Assembly (NCBI GenBank): GCA_021324445.1 | Contig: JAJPJC010000335.1 | Coordinates: forward strand, 1-18,210 | Reading direction: 5' to 3' | Length of the DNA: 18,210 nucleotides | Source: Isosphaeraceae bacterium | GTDB taxonomy: Bacteria; Planctomycetota; Planctomycetia; Isosphaerales; Isosphaeraceae | In this document: piece by piece, positions 15,175-18,210 of the stretch | Position numbering within the stretch: the first letter of the stretch is position 1 | Layout: every line of letters begins with the position of its first letter | The notes under the pieces: generated by a model | Told to the model about the DNA's origin: nothing | Database searches by the model: none | The model's input: the letters and a program-made list of their open reading frames with translations, nothing else | Program-made: the position numbers and the translations under genes

Positions 15175-16932
15175 TCATTTCACGACGCGCAGCAGCTCCT
15201 CGATCGAGGTTCGGCCCTGGATCACCTGACGCAGGCCGTCTTCCTGGAGGTAGATCATCCCATTCTTGCGAGCCTCGGCCTTGATCTTGTTGATCGACGG
15301 ATTCTCGCGGATCATGTCCCGCAGCGCCTCGGTGATGATCAGGAGCTCGTAGATTCCCGTCCGGCCGAAATAGCCGGTGCCGCCGCATTGCTGGCAGACC
15401 TGTTCCGGGTTCTCGGGACGGCGGTAGAAGACGTCCACCTTCTCGGCGGGCAGGTTGGCCTTCTTGAGGAATTCGGGCTTGGGCTTGTACGGCTCCTTGC
15501 AGGATTCGCAGAGGATGCGGACCAGCCGCTGGCCCAGGACCGCCGAGAGGGCTGAGGCGATCATGAACGGCTCGACACCCAGATCGAGCAGGCGGAACAG
15601 CGCCGTCACGGCGTCATTGGAGTGTACCGTCGAAAAGACCATGTGGCCGGTGTTGGCCGCCTGGCAGGCGATCGAGGCGGTTTCCTGGTCGCGGATCTCG
15701 CCGATCATGATCACGTCGGGGTCTTGACGCAGGATCGACCGCAAGGCGGTCGCGAAGGTCTGCCCGGCCTTGGTGTTGACCTCCATCTGGGTGACGTTGT
15801 CCAGGTGGTACTCGATCGGGTCTTCCACGGTGATGATGTTCTTCTGGTAGCGATCGATCTCGCGGAGCGAGGCATACAGCGTGGTCGACTTGCCCGCCCC
15901 GGTCGGGCCGCAGCAGAGGAACATCCCGTGCGGCTGGGTCACCAGGTTGCGCACCTGCTCGACCAGCTTGGGCCGCATGCCCAGCTCCTCGAGCTTGGTG
16001 ATCGAGGCGCTGTTGTCCAGGATGCGCATCACCAGCTTCTCGCCGGCCTTGGATCCCGAGGTGGCCACGCGGAAGTCCAGGTCCCGGGCCTGGAGCTTGG
16101 CGCCGAAGGAGCCGTCCTGGGGCTTCCGCTTCTCGGAGATGTCCATGGCCGCGAGGACCTTGAAGACGTTGACCACCGCATCGCCGGTCGGCCGGTCGAA
16201 CGGCTCGGCGGCGTGGAGGATGCCGTCGATCCGATACCGCACCGAGAGCTGCTCGGTCGACGGCTCCAGGTGGATGTCGGTCGCCCGGCGGAGCACGGCG
16301 TCATAGACCAGCTCCTTGGCCGCCATGTAGGACCGCGATTCCTCGGCCCGGCGCACCCGATCGGGATCCTCCTTGGCCGAACCCTGACTCTTGCCGACGA
16401 AGGTGATCGGCGGACCGGCCCGGTCCACCGGCGTGACGTCGCGGTTGAACAGCGGCCGCATCCCCAGCTTGAACAACAGGTCGTTGGCGACCTCGCCCAG
16501 GTGGTAGGGCGTCATCACCTTCTGGTCGTCGGGCACCATCTGGTTGCGGTTGTAGATGTAAATGAACAGCGGGATGAAATAGGCCAGGAGCAACAGCGCC
16601 AGGCCGATCAGGAAGAACCGGCCCCAGGGCAGCGCCAGCATCACGACCAGCCCGAGGACGCCGGAGAAGAACACGACGCTATTCCACAGGCCGAAGCGCG
16701 GGTTGTTCAGCTCCTGGGTGTCGTGCTCGACCCAGTCGGTGGTCCACACCCAGAGCAGGTAGATCAGCACGACCGGGATGAACTTGAAGAGGTTCAGATA
16801 GAGTCCCGGCCCCCGCACGACGGTTTGCGACTGCGCGAGCAGGACCGGGAGAACCTCGGCGGCTTCGGCGGCGCCGGCACCGCCGAGGAGCAGGATCAGC
16901 GTGGTCGCGAGCAGCAGGGACGGGCGAATCAT
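15175..16932 (-). CDS. GspE/PilB-family secretion ATPase with N-terminal 4-helix transmembrane domain replacing the N1 domain
   Basis: Seen: the hydrophobic segments are LLLATTLILLLGGAGAA, FIPVVLIYLLWVWTTDWV, VVFFSGVLGLVVMLALPW and FFLIGLALLLLAYFIPLFIYIY. An N2-like domain follows (ATDIHLEP...VRYRIDGIL...KPQDGSF). Walker A is GPTGAGKST. Other family motifs are ITVEDPIEY (Asp box), DVIMIGEIRD (Walker B) and TGHMVFSTVHSN (His box). The tetracysteine is CESC...CQQCGG. The whole ORF is continuous with uniform GC3. SD GAAAGG lies upstream. Confidence 0.85.
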   Translation of the reverse strand: MIRPSLLLATTLILLLGGAGAAEAAEVLPVLLAQSQTVVRGPGLYLNLFKFIPVVLIYLLWVWTTDWVEHDTQELNNPRFGLWNSVVFFSGVLGLVVMLALPWGRFFLIGLALLLLAYFIPLFIYIYNRNQMVPDDQKVMTPYHLGEVANDLLFKLGMRPLFNRDVTPVDRAGPPITFVGKSQGSAKEDPDRVRRAEESRSYMAAKELVYDAVLRRATDIHLEPSTEQLSVRYRIDGILHAAEPFDRPTGDAVVNVFKVLAAMDISEKRKPQDGSFGAKLQARDLDFRVATSGSKAGEKLVMRILDNSASITKLEELGMRPKLVEQVRNLVTQPHGMFLCCGPTGAGKSTTLYASLREIDRYQKNIITVEDPIEYHLDNVTQMEVNTKAGQTFATALRSILRQDPDVIMIGEIRDQETASIACQAANTGHMVFSTVHSNDAVTALFRLLDLGVEPFMIASALSAVLGQRLVRILCESCKEPYKPKPEFLKKANLPAEKVDVFYRRPENPEQVCQQCGGTGYFGRTGIYELLIITEALRDMIRENPSINKIKAEARKNGMIYLQEDGLRQVIQGRTSIEELLRVVK

Positions 16933-17088
16933 CGCTTGCAGACCTTTCTTCGGAGCGAAGCCATTCCTCGGGCGAGAGGGAGCGGGTTCTTGCGGGCCGG
17001 ACCCGCGGCGTTGATCTCGTCGTCGACCCCTGATCGCACCCGGCGGACCGCCCGGGCATACCGCCGCGATCGCCTGCGCCGGGACGAG

Positions 17089-18210
17089 TTAGAGGATGCC
17101 CTGTTCGGGCAGGGTGATCCCCTTGAGCACCATCCGCAGAGTCTCCGGGTTGGGGGCGAATTCGAAGGCGACGGCGCGCTCGATCTTCTCCGCGACCACC
17201 AACTGGCGCAGGCTCTCGGTGAAGTCGACCATCCCCTCTTCCTTGCCCAGCCGGATGGCCTGGGCGAGCTTGAGGTCTTCCTCGTTGAGGATCAGCTTCT
17301 TGACAGTCGGGTTCATCCGCATGACCTCGACCAGCGGGACACGGGTCCGGCCGGTCGCCGCGGCATAGTCCTTGGTCGTCGGCAGCAGCTTCTGAGCGAC
17401 GATCGCCTTGAGGTTGAATGCCAGGTTCTGCCGCATGGCCGAGTGCATGTCCTTGGGAAACAGGTCGAGGATCCGGCTGATGGTCGACGGGGCGCTCGAG
17501 GCGTGGATCGTGCAGAAGACCAGGTGGCCGGTCTCGGCGGCGTGCATGGCGGCAAGGAAGGTGTCGCGGTCGCGCATCTCGCCGACCAGGATGATGTCGG
17601 GATCCTGGCGCACGGCGTGCTTCAGCGCGACGTCCCAGTTGACGACGTCGATCCCCACCTCCCGTTGATTGATGATACACTTGTCATCCTTGAAAGTAAA
17701 TTCGATCGGGTCTTCGATGGTGACGATGTGGCAGCGCTCGCGTTGATTGACGTACTGGAGCATGGAGGCGATGGTGGTCGACTTGCCGCTGCCGGTGACC
17801 CCGGCCAGGATGATGATCCCCTGGTCGTGGCTGGCGATTTCGCCCAGGACCGGGGGCAGGCCGAGGCCCTCGAAGTCGGGGATCGAGGTATTGACGCGGC
17901 GGGCGACCAGGCTGAGCCGGCCGCGCTGCCGGAACAGGTTGACGCGGAAGCGGGTCTCGTCGCCGTTGGGGTCGACGATGATGTGGGCGAAGTCGACCCC
18001 ACCGGTCTCCTCCAGGATGTCCTTCTGGCGGGGCGACAGCAGCGGGAACATGAGCCGATCCATGTCGTGGGTGGTCAGGACCGGCAGTTGCATCATCCGG
18101 AGCACGCCGGCCAGCCGCATGGCGGGGGGCAGCCCGACCTTCAGGTGCAGGTCGGACCCCTTGTACTTCATGACCATCCGGAAGAGCTTGTTCGCCTCCG
18201 GCTCGTTGGG
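17089..18210 (-). CDS. pilT: PilT-family (type IV pilus retraction-type) hexameric ATPase, 5' end truncated by window edge
   Basis: Seen: GSDLHLKVGLPPAMRL, Walker A GVTGSGKSTT, IVTIEDPIEF, ILVGEMRD, GHLVFCTIHASSAPSTISRILDLFP. These align with canonical PilT. The frame stays open to 18210 with no in-frame ATG, so the true start lies beyond the window. Confidence 0.85.
   Translation of the reverse strand, partial: PNEPEANKLFRMVMKYKGSDLHLKVGLPPAMRLAGVLRMMQLPVLTTHDMDRLMFPLLSPRQKDILEETGGVDFAHIIVDPNGDETRFRVNLFRQRGRLSLVARRVNTSIPDFEGLGLPPVLGEIASHDQGIIILAGVTGSGKSTTIASMLQYVNQRERCHIVTIEDPIEFTFKDDKCIINQREVGIDVVNWDVALKHAVRQDPDIILVGEMRDRDTFLAAMHAAETGHLVFCTIHASSAPSTISRILDLFPKDMHSAMRQNLAFNLKAIVAQKLLPTTKDYAAATGRTRVPLVEVMRMNPTVKKLILNEEDLKLAQAIRLGKEEGMVDFTESLRQLVVAEKIERAVAFEFAPNPETLRMVLKGITLPEQGIL

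Noticed and set aside
16679-17680. 333-aa minus-strand ORF spanning the PilT / GspE junction
   Set aside because: It is out of frame with both well-supported ATPase genes and Arg/Pro/Gly-rich, so it is a shadow ORF.

Overview
High-GC (~70%) bacterial window. The gene content suggests Planctomycetota: a lone rpsR, a DUF1570-like HExxH protein and extra PilT/GspE ATPases. This taxon call is inference only. I support 14 protein-coding genes. Plus strand: a CheY-like receiver protein, a 204-aa hypothetical, an SPFH/flotillin-like protein, rpsR and a membrane-anchored hypothetical. Minus strand: an XRE-family HTH regulator, a GT4 glycosyltransferase, a translationally coupled pair (tandem NTF2/SnoaL-like protein, then a secreted Gly/Arg/aromatic-rich TPR protein), a CYTH protein, an HExxH secreted metallopeptidase-like protein, and a three-gene cluster of PilT-like ATPase, GspE/PilB-like ATPase with a 4-TM N-terminus replacing the usual N1 domain, and a CvpA-like membrane protein. 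Non-coding signals: a ~1.1 kb low-GC island (1413-2500) with no credible ORF, carrying five direct GAGAAYYC repeats upstream of the XRE regulator. A tandem-heptamer motif (K-ACGCAG)n...TGAAGAC occurs four times as two inverted pairs (3148-3272 and 13451-13617). There are two GC-rich hairpins without U-tracts and a near-consensus sigma70-like promoter for rpsR. No rRNA, tRNA, CRISPR array or transposase was seen. Many long ORFs in the six-frame track are antisense artefacts of the high GC content and are rejected. All domain calls rest on motif and architecture recognition by eye; no database search was run. The non-canonical PilT / membrane-anchored GspE / CvpA cluster and the repeated heptamer-motif pairs are the best candidates for something previously undescribed.
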